Source: a virus. From it: a stretch of 64,000 bases of DNA. The first letter of the stretch is position 1. Every line of letters starts with the position of its first letter. Location: positions 29,587 through 93,586 of IMG/VR virus record IMGVR_UViG_3300036861_000632. One strand, 5' to 3'. The notes beneath the pieces are model-generated. The model did not search any database and had not been told where the DNA came from. It saw only the letters and a program-made list of their open reading frames with translations. A program made the translations under genes and the position numbers. Shown here one piece after another: positions 1 to 10,700 of the stretch.

Positions 1-313
1 TGCCTCCGGCTGCCACCGGATGATCGAACACCATCGTCAACCCGGTGCCTGCCGCTTGAACCTCAACGTCGTCGGGAATGATGACTTCGCCGGTCAACGC
101 CTGTTCATCGAGCGCCAGCGCGAGCGTTTGGTTCGTGGCGGGCACAGTCACGGGTCCGTGAGTCTCGGCCGTAATCAACGCCTCGACTTCGGCTGTCGTT
201 GGCCGTGTGGCAATATCCGCGTCATGCTCGCCTTTGCGAATGCAGTCCTCATCCGCCGTCGCCGGGCCGGACGAGGTGAACTTCGGAGCGGTTGTGGCTT
301 TCAGGTCGGCCAT
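1..313 (-). CDS. Virion protein downstream of portal, partial (runs off window)
   Basis: ATG at 313 lies just after the portal stop. The frame MADLKATTAPKFTSSGP... stays open to position 1. It is absent from the ORF track because no stop falls inside the window. Confidence 0.6.
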   Translation of the reverse strand, partial: MADLKATTAPKFTSSGPATADEDCIRKGEHDADIATRPTTAEVEALITAETHGPVTVPATNQTLALALDEQALTGEVIIPDDVEVQAAGTGLTMVFDHPVAAGG

Positions 314-316
314 GCG

Positions 317-1816
317 TCAGGAATTATGCTGGCCTCCGGCGGGTGTGCCCGGACTGCCTGATGGAGCCTTGACACCGGCCTGTTTCTGGAACGTTGATTC
401 GCCAAGGGCCGGGTGCATTCCCTGCGCGACGGCGTAAAGTGGGCTGAATTTCTTGACCGCATCAGGATCATCGGCTTCTTCCACCTTCCGGTCGCCCTCC
501 TGATCGTCCAAACCAAATTCCTTGTTCGTCGTGGCGACGCTGCTCAATCCATTCTGATAGGCGAATTTCAGCATCTCCATCATCAACCGGGCCTCGTTGA
601 AGATCAGGTTGGACCAGACCACGTTGACCTCTACCGGCGGATGCCATGCCGCATTGATGATGAACGTCAGGTAGGAACCCATCTCGTTTCGGGCATCGAA
701 CGCCTCGCCCTTTACCATGCTCGTGAGATAGGGTGCCACGCCCTTCGCTTGGAGCATCTTCGCGATGCTGCCGCCCCAATCGTTGAGCCGCTTATCCGTA
801 CCGCGCCACGCGAGATCGTCGAAGCGTTTGAGATCGGGCCACGGAAAATCAATGGCATGGTCGAAGTTCGCGGTGACATCGTTGACGCCCTCGACATTCA
901 GGAACTTGTCCTTCACACCCTTGTCGCGCGTCGGGTTCCACATATAGGTGGACTTGCCTGCATGGACGCCGCTTTTGATCTCATGGCCAAGCTGGTGAAA
1001 CCGCGTGACATTGCGGAGCAGGAACGATTCGCGCGCGAATCCGATCTCCTTGTCCTCCACTTCGCCAAGGAGGCGAAAAATGCTGAACAGCCTCGGCACG
1101 CCCAGTCCGTCACCAACGGCCGCCTGCTTCAACACCTTGAAGTGTTCGCCCTCTTTTGGGTTGAGGAATATTTCCGCCCGCGCGAAACGCTGCGCTTGTT
1201 CCGGCAACAATTGGGCGATCTCTGCCTGCGTCAGTCCGTGCTGGTACTTCAGCGTCTCGACGGCGAACTTGTCCGAGTACGTGCAGACATCCGGGGCGAG
1301 CGTCAGGGCGATGTCGCGGTCGTCCAGCCACATCGAGATCACACTGTCGTACAGAAGGAACCGGCTCCAAGCGTCCTTGGCGAACTTTGCCAGTTGCTCG
1401 CCGAACTTCGCATTGCTCTCGATTTCGATTTCCTCCTGCGTTTGCGGATCGGTGATGGTTTTTACGAGCGGGTCCGCCTGTTTGGCCAGCCACTCGTCGA
1501 GCTTCTTGAGCGCGTTCTTCTTGCTGGCATCCTTGCCGGCGGGAACGACGTGAAACTCGTAATTGAGGATCGAAAGCTTGAGCGGCAGGAAAGAGGACAG
1601 GAACGATGATTCCTGCGCGTAGTAGCGGCACTTGGCGAAGACGCTGGAAAGGTCGCTGACGCCCGGTTTCTTCGTGCGCTCCGACTGGACCCATTCGAGC
1701 TTTTGGAGTTGGGCGAGATTGCCCGCGTGCTTCGTCATCGCGACGTACATCGCGTTGGCTGAACGGGTCAAGGCCCGGTTCTCGGAAGCTGTTGCCCGGC
1801 GGGTTGCATTCTTCAT
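317..1816 (-). CDS. Probable portal protein
   Basis: 499 aa, directly downstream of the large terminase, portal-like size, low-complexity C-terminal tail. Positional call. Confidence 0.6.
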   Translation of the reverse strand: MKNATRRATASENRALTRSANAMYVAMTKHAGNLAQLQKLEWVQSERTKKPGVSDLSSVFAKCRYYAQESSFLSSFLPLKLSILNYEFHVVPAGKDASKKNALKKLDEWLAKQADPLVKTITDPQTQEEIEIESNAKFGEQLAKFAKDAWSRFLLYDSVISMWLDDRDIALTLAPDVCTYSDKFAVETLKYQHGLTQAEIAQLLPEQAQRFARAEIFLNPKEGEHFKVLKQAAVGDGLGVPRLFSIFRLLGEVEDKEIGFARESFLLRNVTRFHQLGHEIKSGVHAGKSTYMWNPTRDKGVKDKFLNVEGVNDVTANFDHAIDFPWPDLKRFDDLAWRGTDKRLNDWGGSIAKMLQAKGVAPYLTSMVKGEAFDARNEMGSYLTFIINAAWHPPVEVNVVWSNLIFNEARLMMEMLKFAYQNGLSSVATTNKEFGLDDQEGDRKVEEADDPDAVKKFSPLYAVAQGMHPALGESTFQKQAGVKAPSGSPGTPAGGQHNS

Positions 1817-1865
1817 CGCTTCCGCCGGGGTATAACCGCCCTTGACGCCGTGGCAAGGCTAAAGC

Positions 1866-3695
1866 CTACCCGCACATCGCCGCGCTCTCCTCCGGCACAT
1901 CGTTCCCGCCCTCGGACATCTGCTCCTTCAACCACTCCCGAAACGCCACATACGCATACATGCCCGCGTAGGCGAAGTCCTTGTTGCCGCGCGCCGAGTA
2001 GAGCCGTGCCCCGTGCGCCGACGTGAACGTGGTCCCGTTCTCGTTCGTCTTCACGAAGACGCGCGTCAACTGGATCGCCATTTTTTGCAGCAGCCGGTTG
2101 GCGTGTTTGCGTTCCTCGGTCCATTCGGCGGTTTGTTGCTGCGGCCGGTCATTCAACCGCTCCGGCAGTCCGATGAGCCTGTTGGAGATGGCCTCGTGGA
2201 ACTCCGAGTGCGCCAGATCGTACAGGTTGTCATCGTGCCGGCGCGGGCATTCGCTCCACAACTCGCTGATCCGGGTGTCCTGCCACGAGAACATGGAGAG
2301 GATGAATTCCGAGTTCATCGGCAGCTTTTCCTCGTCCTCGATGCAGGCGATGGGGCGCACACGCACGTTCTCTCCTGGCACTTCACGGCGGGCCTTGGCC
2401 AGTTCGGGACGAATCCACTGACCGCCGCCGTTCGGGTCCATCACAATCCGCGAGAATCCGAAGTGGAGATGCTTGCGTTGCAGAATCGCCGCCCATTGTT
2501 CGCCGTCCGCTCCGCGCACCTGATAGGCCCAGATGAAGTCCAGTTCCATGTCCCGCAGATCGAGGATGGATTCGCCGACCTGTCGCGCCCGCAGCACGAC
2601 CACGGCGCCGTCATCGGATTTGCGCGAGTCGGACTTGGCCGGGTCAATGCCGCAGAAATAGAACGTGGGCCTTGCGCCGATCAAGTTCGTCGGTGATCGG
2701 TGCCCCGTGATGGGCAGGACGTTCCGTTCCTTGCCGAGATTGTAGGCGGCCTTGATGAGTTCCGGCGTGTACAGCCCGCGGCCATTGTCAGACCAGATGC
2801 CCAGCAATTCCTCGCGCACCTTGGCCCGGCCTTTGCGGCGCATGTCGGCAATGTTGTCGTCATCGCGCAACTTTTCGCGGAACGACTTGCCATCGCGATA
2901 CTGGAAATGGCTCCAGTCCTTGTACGAGTATTGCAGGATGGCGAAGTTCGGATCACCCGCGGCAACGCGGCGCTTGAAGTAAAGCCACCGATCGTACCCC
3001 GGATGGACGGCATCCTCGGCGGTGCCCAGGAACATCTGGTGGTTGGTCCAGAACGGGTGTTCCTTGTTGAAATTCTCGCGGTTCGTCCGGCCAATGAGTT
3101 GATCGTCGATGCCGGTTGATCCGGTCGCGTCGATCTTCGGCCATTCGTCGATGCCAAGAAAGTTGAAGCGCAGACCGGCTTGGTTTTTAGAGTCCTGCAA
3201 GAACGAACCGGCCGGCATGAGGATTTTCGATTGGTTGAGGAAATCGACCGCGTAACACGACGGGTTCTTGCTCGCCCCCTTGCTCACGTCCTCCTCAACG
3301 CCATCGAGGCCGACCACGCGCGGTTTGCCCACCTGTGCGCGGAAGAAATCCGACTGCGCGGCGTAGCGCGAGAAGTAGGGGTAGAACGCCTGCTGCATGG
3401 TCGGGAACGACTGAAAGTAGATGGCGGCGACGTGATCGGGGATGACGATGCAGCGGAGGACGGATACCCAAAACAGGTTGACCGTCTTGGCGGAATTGTA
3501 GCCCGACGAATCCATGACGCGCGGCACCCACCAACTGATTTTGAACCGGCTCTTTTGGAACTCGTCCATCTTGATCTTGAAGGTGAACTCGGCGAGGCGC
3601 GTCACGTCGTCCGTCATCGCGTCCTCGATCATCGTCTGAGTGATCTTCAGATGCTTGGGGACGGAGGGGATGAGGATTTGCGGGCCGTCGGTCAT
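1866..3695 (-). CDS. terL: Terminase large subunit
   Basis: 609 aa. Deviant Walker A SSGYNSAKT, Walker B FLGIDE, coupling motif FLGTA, RNase H-like nuclease FCGIDPAK, late acidic residue in NKDFAYA. Confidence 0.85.
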   Translation of the reverse strand: MTDGPQILIPSVPKHLKITQTMIEDAMTDDVTRLAEFTFKIKMDEFQKSRFKISWWVPRVMDSSGYNSAKTVNLFWVSVLRCIVIPDHVAAIYFQSFPTMQQAFYPYFSRYAAQSDFFRAQVGKPRVVGLDGVEEDVSKGASKNPSCYAVDFLNQSKILMPAGSFLQDSKNQAGLRFNFLGIDEWPKIDATGSTGIDDQLIGRTNRENFNKEHPFWTNHQMFLGTAEDAVHPGYDRWLYFKRRVAAGDPNFAILQYSYKDWSHFQYRDGKSFREKLRDDDNIADMRRKGRAKVREELLGIWSDNGRGLYTPELIKAAYNLGKERNVLPITGHRSPTNLIGARPTFYFCGIDPAKSDSRKSDDGAVVVLRARQVGESILDLRDMELDFIWAYQVRGADGEQWAAILQRKHLHFGFSRIVMDPNGGGQWIRPELAKARREVPGENVRVRPIACIEDEEKLPMNSEFILSMFSWQDTRISELWSECPRRHDDNLYDLAHSEFHEAISNRLIGLPERLNDRPQQQTAEWTEERKHANRLLQKMAIQLTRVFVKTNENGTTFTSAHGARLYSARGNKDFAYAGMYAYVAFREWLKEQMSEGGNDVPEESAAMCG

Positions 3696-4351
3696 GTGGC
3701 TACCAAGGTGTGTTGCTTCACGCCGGGCATTATGGCACGACCGATGTATTCCGTGTAGGCTGGCGGTATTGCTTCCTTGAGTCCGTCACTGGACATCCAT
3801 CCAATGCCATAGGCTTGCGGCGCGTTCTTCACGGACTTCGGCTGGATGCCGAGGGCGTGGCGTTTGGCGCGGCTTGCTTTGCTGGCGGTCGTCACCAGCA
3901 GCGGAAGATTTGAGTGGTCGCACTTGCACGGAGCGGCGACTTGGATATTCGTCTCGAAGTAGCGATGCCGTTGCGTCCGCAGCCCGAACATTGAGCCGCA
4001 GAGCATCACCGGGTTTTCCAGTTCGTGCCGTGCGCCCGCCACATTCTCGATGACGTAGGGCTTGTCGAGACGCTTAACCAGTTCACGCACGGCGGGTATC
4101 AGCTTCGCGTGGTCGCCGCGATTCTTGGCGGGCGTCAGGTGCGAATAGCCTTGGCATGGCGGAGAGGCGTGTATCAGGTCGTATTCGTGGCCGTGCGCTT
4201 CGAGGTATTCGAGAGCATCACCGAGCACGAACGAGAACGGGTAGCGCGGACGCGGCATGATGTCCACGCCCGTCACTTCGTAGCCCGCGAGCGCGTAGCC
4301 CATGCCTGCGCCACCTTCGCAGCAGAACAAATCCAAAAGGCGGATGCTCAT
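3692..4351 (-). CDS. Short phage C5-cytosine DNA methyltransferase
   Basis: Motif I LLDLFCCEGG, catalytic SPPCQ, ENV motif, motif X-like EAIPPAY. Confidence 0.9.
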   Translation of the reverse strand: MSIRLLDLFCCEGGAGMGYALAGYEVTGVDIMPRPRYPFSFVLGDALEYLEAHGHEYDLIHASPPCQGYSHLTPAKNRGDHAKLIPAVRELVKRLDKPYVIENVAGARHELENPVMLCGSMFGLRTQRHRYFETNIQVAAPCKCDHSNLPLLVTTASKASRAKRHALGIQPKSVKNAPQAYGIGWMSSDGLKEAIPPAYTEYIGRAIMPGVKQHTLVAT

Positions 4352-4352
4352 A

Positions 4353-5549
4353 TCAAGTCGCTCTTACCGGATTGTTGTCTATCGACACACACGCTTCCGG
4401 CGCGGCGATGTCTTCCTCCTCGTCCGGCACAAACAACGGCGGGAACTCGCCTTCCGGCCCGGCCGCCTCAAGGTCAATCACGATGCCATGTCGCTCGCGC
4501 AATTTCGCCTGCGCCTCGCGGAAGCCTTCATCCATCGCGCGCAGATGCGACACCGGCAGCTTGGACTTGAACGCCGGATCGAACAGTCCCGCCTTCGCCT
4601 CAAGAATGGCCGCTACCAATCCAGGCCGGTAACGCACGGGCAGTTGCTCGCTTTCCCGCAACTCGACTTGGATCTCGAATGCGGAGAAGAACCCGTCGAT
4701 GAGCGGGTCTTTCTTCGTCAGCCGGCCAAGGGCGGCATTACGCACGATTTCCACCAGTTGCGAAAAACAGCCGGTGACATTGACCTTGTTGCGCGCGGCC
4801 TTGAGGTAGGGGCAGCTTTCCTCCAGTTGCTCCCACTGCTTCTGATACATGGATTCGATGGTGTTCTGCGTCTTTTGAATCCGCTCGAAGTCCTTCGACA
4901 AAACCGGCGTCGAGCACGATTCGTTGTCGAGCCGCCGCATCTGGAGTTCGTTGATGATGATGCGCCGGGCATTGCCGCTGGCATTGGTCTGGTGCAATGC
5001 CTGCCCGATTTCTCCAAGCCGCTTGGCGAACCACCGGATTTCATCCGTGCGTTCAAGGTCGTCCTTCCGCTCCACATCGAACATCTTCATCGTGAAGCCG
5101 TGATCGGTGATGATCTTGGACAGCTTCTCGTATTCTTCCGGCCCGATCTCCGGCGTGAGTGGCGCGGGCACGACGGCTTCAGCGACGGCCAGTTCGTTGT
5201 CCGCCGGCCGGTCCCGCGTGTATTCGTTCCATTTGAACGCGAGGAAGTCGAGTTGATCCTCGATGACGGCGACCTCGACATTGCTGATTTTGGCGATTTC
5301 CTCGACCTCGAAGCACTTGAGGAATTCGACATCGGAATCCGCCTTGGGCACGAGCGGGTTGATGCCATACATCATTCGGCACATGCGCCACTGGGTCGGA
5401 TGGCCCTGCGCCATCGTGTGCAGTTGCGCGAGGTCTTTGGGGAACAGTTTGCCAAAGCGATCCTGCATAGGGCCGAAACGGTCGATGCGCCAGATGCGGT
5501 CTTCCTCGATGGTGCGGTATTCTTCGATGTCGTTTTTTTTGCGGGCCAT
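4353..5549 (-). CDS. Hypothetical protein (possible terminase small subunit / packaging associated)
   Basis: 398 aa helical ORF with genome-typical codons, upstream of terL apart from the inserted MTase. Function is positional only. Confidence 0.45.
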   Translation of the reverse strand: MARKKNDIEEYRTIEEDRIWRIDRFGPMQDRFGKLFPKDLAQLHTMAQGHPTQWRMCRMMYGINPLVPKADSDVEFLKCFEVEEIAKISNVEVAVIEDQLDFLAFKWNEYTRDRPADNELAVAEAVVPAPLTPEIGPEEYEKLSKIITDHGFTMKMFDVERKDDLERTDEIRWFAKRLGEIGQALHQTNASGNARRIIINELQMRRLDNESCSTPVLSKDFERIQKTQNTIESMYQKQWEQLEESCPYLKAARNKVNVTGCFSQLVEIVRNAALGRLTKKDPLIDGFFSAFEIQVELRESEQLPVRYRPGLVAAILEAKAGLFDPAFKSKLPVSHLRAMDEGFREAQAKLRERHGIVIDLEAAGPEGEFPPLFVPDEEEDIAAPEACVSIDNNPVRAT

Positions 5550-5552
5550 AGG

Positions 5553-5792
5553 TCAATGGATTCTGGAAAGCTGGGCACGCCAAGCGTTCGCCATATCCAA
5601 CAAGGCGTTCACGTCTTCATCGGAACCCGTGCGTGCCTGCGCCATGTGATAGCCGTGGCGACGTTGGAATTCGGCTCCGGCGATGAGGAGGTTGTGGCGC
5701 AGCACCTCGGCCGGCATCTCGTCAATGGATGCGTAGTGGTTCCCGGTGCGGCAGCATTTCAGCGGGTGAAGATTACATCTGACGTTTTTCAC
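5553..5792 (-). CDS. Hypothetical protein
   Basis: GTGA overlap with the upstream MTase stop; fills the gap between genes. Confidence 0.55.
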   Translation of the reverse strand: MKNVRCNLHPLKCCRTGNHYASIDEMPAEVLRHNLLIAGAEFQRRHGYHMAQARTGSDEDVNALLDMANAWRAQLSRIH

Positions 5793-6538
5793 AGCTTCAG
5801 GTATTCGGCATTCACGTCATTGAGCCACGCCCGTCGTCCGTTGGCGATGGCTTCACGCCCGGTTGTACCACTGCCCGCGAACGGGTCAGCCACAAGGTCG
5901 CCGGGATTCGACCACGAAAGTATCAGGTCACGCGCCAGCCATTTCGGCATCATCGCCGGATGCTTCAATTCGACGCACATTTCCTCCTGTCCGCGAGTGT
6001 TGCCAAGCCAGACGTTGTGGCGCATTCCGAACTCAGCGTTGATCTTCTTTGCGCGAACCGATTTGCTGCCATTCCGCTCCGTGAACGTGTTGACTCCAAG
6101 GTTGCCGACGCATCCCGCCGTGAGGTTCTTGCGATCTTTTATGGGGTTGAAAACCCGCGGGGCACCTTTTGACAGGATGAACACATACTCAAAGACTTGG
6201 TGATACCGCGTGCGCTCCGGGTGACTGAAATTCCGCTTCTGATAGATCATCGTGTCATGCACGCGAAAGCCGCATACGTCAGCGAAATAGATTTTCTGGC
6301 GGCATGAGGTCAGCGTTTCTGAACCTTTCACCACCGCGTCGTTCACGTTCCAACAAACTATCCCGCCTTTGCATAGCACACGGTAAAGCTCGCGCGCTGT
6401 TCCCTCAAAGTCCCATTCGCATCCTGTGTAATCCCGTAAATTGTCGTAGGGAGGAGAAGTACAGACCAGTTGCACGCTGCCTTGCTCAAGCGTTTTCAGG
6501 GCCGCCACGGAGTCTTTGTTCTCAATGATCTTTGTCAC
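5789..6538 (-). CDS. N4-cytosine/N6-adenine DNA methyltransferase (beta class)
   Basis: TSPPY catalytic motif before HPA and the DPFAGSGTT SAM-binding motif. GTG start at 6538 overlaps the upstream TGA. Confidence 0.92.
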   Translation of the reverse strand: MTKIIENKDSVAALKTLEQGSVQLVCTSPPYDNLRDYTGCEWDFEGTARELYRVLCKGGIVCWNVNDAVVKGSETLTSCRQKIYFADVCGFRVHDTMIYQKRNFSHPERTRYHQVFEYVFILSKGAPRVFNPIKDRKNLTAGCVGNLGVNTFTERNGSKSVRAKKINAEFGMRHNVWLGNTRGQEEMCVELKHPAMMPKWLARDLILSWSNPGDLVADPFAGSGTTGREAIANGRRAWLNDVNAEYLKL

Positions 6539-7284
6539 AGCTTCAAAATCCCTTCCATCGGACAAACCTGCGCGGCCACATCACCAAACTGTTTGAGCAG
6601 CATCTCGGTCTGTGATGGAATCACGGTATCGGGCATGTGTCGCCCGCGAGTCTTACCATAGAGTCGCATGGCCAGACCACACAGAATTATCTCCAGCTTG
6701 GCATCGGTCAGTTCCGAAGTGACCCGGTGGGCATCGGCGATCAACCCCGTCTCATACTGGTCAATGTCGCGCGGTTCCGGCCGCTTGAGGATTTGGTCCA
6801 CGGTGCGAATAAGCACGACGGCGCGGTTCATCTCGCTGGGCGTCATGCGGCTGCCATCGCCCTTTTCCCAGATGGCCGGCGGAAGCTCCTCCACGAGCCG
6901 CGCCGTGCCCAGGATGATCTTCTTTGGGTTCACCAGCGAGTAGAATTGCTTGCGGTAATCGCCGCGCTCGCGATGGTTGGCGTCGAGTTCAAGGTTCTCC
7001 TGCCGGAACCATTTGCAGAGCCAATAGTCGGGGTCGGGATCGTCCACGAGCAGGCGCGCGGATTGGAGCGCCGTGATTGGAAGATCGGTGTCGGCCTTGA
7101 GCCAGCGCGAGAAGTTCGCCGCCTGATCTTTGAGGAAGCCACCCGCGCGCCCGTGCAACTCGGCCTGATAATCGAGTTGGACCCACAAGCCGATGAAGAT
7201 GTGCGTGGCCATCGGCTCATTGCCGATCCGGGCGACGAGGTTTTGGAACGACGGATGGGATTGGAAATCACGAGGGAGATTCAT
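6535..7284 (-). CDS. Replication-initiator-like (N-terminal wHTH-type) protein
   Basis: N-terminus DFQSHPSFQNLVARIG...IFIGLW resembles phage replisome-organiser N-termini. Start chosen at ATG 7284. Confidence 0.45.
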   Translation of the reverse strand: MNLPRDFQSHPSFQNLVARIGNEPMATHIFIGLWVQLDYQAELHGRAGGFLKDQAANFSRWLKADTDLPITALQSARLLVDDPDPDYWLCKWFRQENLELDANHRERGDYRKQFYSLVNPKKIILGTARLVEELPPAIWEKGDGSRMTPSEMNRAVVLIRTVDQILKRPEPRDIDQYETGLIADAHRVTSELTDAKLEIILCGLAMRLYGKTRGRHMPDTVIPSQTEMLLKQFGDVAAQVCPMEGILKL

Positions 7285-7513
7285 CTCTGAGGTTCCTTGC
7301 TTCTGACGTGTCGTGGCCTTCCTGCCGAAATATCTCGACGAGTTCCATCCCGCAATAGATGGCGTGCTCGAATAGAATCTGGATGCCGCCAAGCTGAAGC
7401 GAGTCGAGGCGGTGCGCCTTGCCGATTTCAAACGCCTTCTTGCGGGCGTGATCCTCCGCCCATTGCCGGAATTTCTCCTTTGGAACCTTGAATTTTTCTT
7501 GCGATGCCTTCAT
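7268..7513 (-). CDS. Hypothetical protein
   Basis: ATGA-coupled ORF, 81 aa. Confidence 0.55.
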   Translation of the reverse strand: MKASQEKFKVPKEKFRQWAEDHARKKAFEIGKAHRLDSLQLGGIQILFEHAIYCGMELVEIFRQEGHDTSEARNLRDESPS

Positions 7514-7797
7514 GTCAAAATTTTATGGGTTAGTAGTTCGCTAGTAATTGGAGCGCGTTTCCTCCGCTGATAGAACACGGCCACGTCGGATACTCCAAGC
7601 TGCCGGGCAATCGCCATGTTCGTCTTGCGCCAATCCACGGCGGCCCACAGCGCGCGGCGGGTCAGCTTGGCTCCGGTGAGTCCATATTTAACAAGGTGAA
7701 CCAAGCAGTAAACACCGCCCGCGTAAGCCTCGTTCGGGCAAAGGACGCACAGCCCGGCGGCCCGGTGTCTCAACTGGTAGTCCTGCTGGCGGCTCAC
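7510..7797 (-). CDS. Small Zn-finger/HTH protein
   Basis: CVLC...CLVH plus a C-terminal HTH-like segment NMAIARQLGVSDVAV. Confidence 0.6.
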   Translation of the reverse strand: MSRQQDYQLRHRAAGLCVLCPNEAYAGGVYCLVHLVKYGLTGAKLTRRALWAAVDWRKTNMAIARQLGVSDVAVFYQRRKRAPITSELLTHKILT

Positions 7798-10700
7798 AAC
7801 TCAACTCCGTGGTTCATTACCAGCCAGAATCGCTCATCGGTATCCGCTGAGAGCACGGTGATGTCCTGCGCCACGACAATCTGCGGGTCGGTCTTCTCGA
7901 CGTGAATGGTTTCGCCGACGTTGCCGTTGCCATCGAGCGGGCCTTCCGTGCCGCCCGTGCCGGCGGAGACAGCGCCGACCTTGCGTTCATAGCTGGAAGT
8001 CCAGTCATCCGTGAGCCGCGTCCAGAACGGGCGCGGAAACAGGAAGCATTGCTGCTCGCCGCGTGAGATGACGGCGAGGTTTAGCACTTCGCTCAAGGCC
8101 CATTGGTGCCACGTTTCATCGTCGGGGCCATCGGTGAAGGTGAGCACGGCGGAGGCCCACTGGCCGGCTGGTGAAGTTGTGACTGGGTTTCCAGATGTGA
8201 ACGCATTGCTGGTGAGGTCTTGTATTCCTGCCCAATTCGGAACGAAGTTCACCGTCCTGAGATCGTAATTTCCAAACCCGGCTTGAAATGCAACGTAGCC
8301 GAACCCACCGGCACCAGAAACAATTTGGTGTGGGCCGTGATAGTCAGAGTTGTCAATTGCCAGATATGCGGCGGCCATCAAATGCTCGCGCGGAAAGTCC
8401 AGCCGGTCAGTGATGTTCCAAATTTCCGGGCGCGAGTTGACAAGATTGGACCCACGCACTTTCCACATGGCTGAATCTGAATCGGCAGCGACCGCGAAAA
8501 CGAGCAGCTTGGTGAAACGGGTCAGCGATATTTCATCATCAAACAGGAGGATGGCTCGCGCTGGATAGGCTTCATGCCCGTAAGTCTCGCCGGCTGGCGG
8601 TGATGTGATCGTGATGGCGGGCCGTGTCACTTCGTCGTAATCGCCGCCCTTGGTGGATGGCAGGCTGACCATGCGGCCATTGCTGCCGCTGAACTTGAAG
8701 GTGAATCCAGCGGTCAATGTTTGGATGCCATCGTTGGCGGTAACAGCCGTGCCGGTGTAGCCCCATCCGCCATCGGTGACAATGAACCTGCCGCGGTGTG
8801 TGCCCGGCCACGCGCCATTCCTGCCCACCCGGCCGGCGCGAAACAGAGAGCCATTAAGAGAGTCCAGCACGCGCTCCACGGCATCGGTTCGCAGCGCCCC
8901 GACTTCATCGTAGTAGTCGGTCGGCAGTGACCCGCTGACCGATACAGCTTGGTTGAAGTTGAATGGTTCAACTTCCACATCCGCAGCCTTCTCCAAGTAT
9001 GCGAGTGATAGCGGACGGCAGACTTCCGTGTAATCGAATTCAACCGCGAGGTCCAAGTCGTCAAGGAACTGCTCCATTGCCGTTCCTACATCCTCGATTG
9101 TCACCCATCGGATGTTTCCGTAAACGGCGCGCAAATCAACCTCAACGCAACCTCCGGGCAGGTTGAGCGTCGAAAAGAAATCAGCGCCGCGATCCCGGTT
9201 GTAGCTGTTCTGTGGAGCCTTGAAGTGGGCGATACCCTTCCGCCCGTGCTCGAAGCGGTCCAATTCGGAGAAGTCAACCGAACAGGCCGCATTCCCGCTG
9301 AAGGTCAAATCCCAATGCGCAGAGATTGTGCCGGGTGGAATCAACGTCTGACTCGTCACGCTCAGACCGCCAACCGCCCCCATCTTCGCCACGATGACTT
9401 GGATTTCATTCTTCAAGTCAAACTTCGCCAGTTCATCCGGGTCGAAATCGTCCATCGTCTTGATCGGGATGCCCAGCAGTTCGCAGAGCAGTTCCATGTT
9501 CGACCCGGACTCGAACACGGCGAAGGCGTTCATGGGGATCGGGACTTCCGTGCCGCCGTTGGCGACGCCGTGAAAGCCGGTCGCATCCGCCGTCACGCCC
9601 CACTTGGAACTGGTGTCGAGCGAGACGTAGGTGAAGTTGTCCGGCGTGGGTTCGATGAGGAACTTGATGAACCGCCAGTCGAGCACCTGACCCGTCTTGC
9701 GCGCGTTGATCTCACGGGCGATGGCGTTGTAGTGCTCGGCACAGAGCGCCATTGATTCGGGCGCGGGTGAATAATTGGTGGGCAGTTCTGTGGCCGCAAA
9801 GCCGACACGGTAAAGATTGTAGAACAGGATGTTCTCGGTCGCGCCGATGTAGGGTGCCAGCAGTGTGAACACATCGTTGTGATGCACCATGATCGAATCG
9901 TTGAACTTGGTGAGTTCTTCGCCGCGAATGCGTTTGAGGATTTGGTACGGGCTACGGCTCAACCGCAGCGGGTTTGCTTTGAAGTCGAGTGAGAAGTCCC
10001 TGCCGTCCCATTGCTCGACGTAACCGCGACAGGGATGCCGGTGATATTTCGGCAGATGGAACGCGGCGCGTCCGGCGTCGGTTTGCAATTCCCCCCAACC
10101 GTGGCCGCGGAAGGTGATCTTGCCTTTGCGCGTGAAGAACTCGCCGTTGATTCCGTCAAGGTTGACCGGGTGAAGGGTGCCTTGCTCAAACACCGCTCCC
10201 GTCACGGGCCGGTGGGCGTAAAGCTTGAACGCGCCGGTTGAGCCGTCTTGGTTCCAGGCGGAGAAAAGGAAGCCGTAACCGTTTACCGTGGTGTCGATTT
10301 CAAACGCATCGGCCAGCACGCTTTCCGTGTAGCGCAACACGAGGCCGGATGGGGTCATGCGGAGCGATTTGTCAGTGTATCCGCTGTACGCTGAGTTCTG
10401 TGGACCGCCACGGACGCCGAAGTGTTCCAAAGTCGCCAGCAAGGTCGCAACCGTTGTCGATTGCGGCGTGGTGATCGGCAGTGCTCCGCCATTCGTGCCC
10501 GTGTAGTAAGTGCGGGCGACGCCACGAAGTTCGTAAACGTCCGCCGATACTGGAACTGCCGTGTCGCCGGGAATCAGATGGTAGGTGCGATTCTGCGTCG
10601 TGGTCGCCCGCACGATTGGCCCGCCGATGAAGCGGCGCGAGGAATTGGAGAGAGCATAATCGGCTGTCGTCGTGAGTCGCCAGTAATCGGGGTTTTGCAA

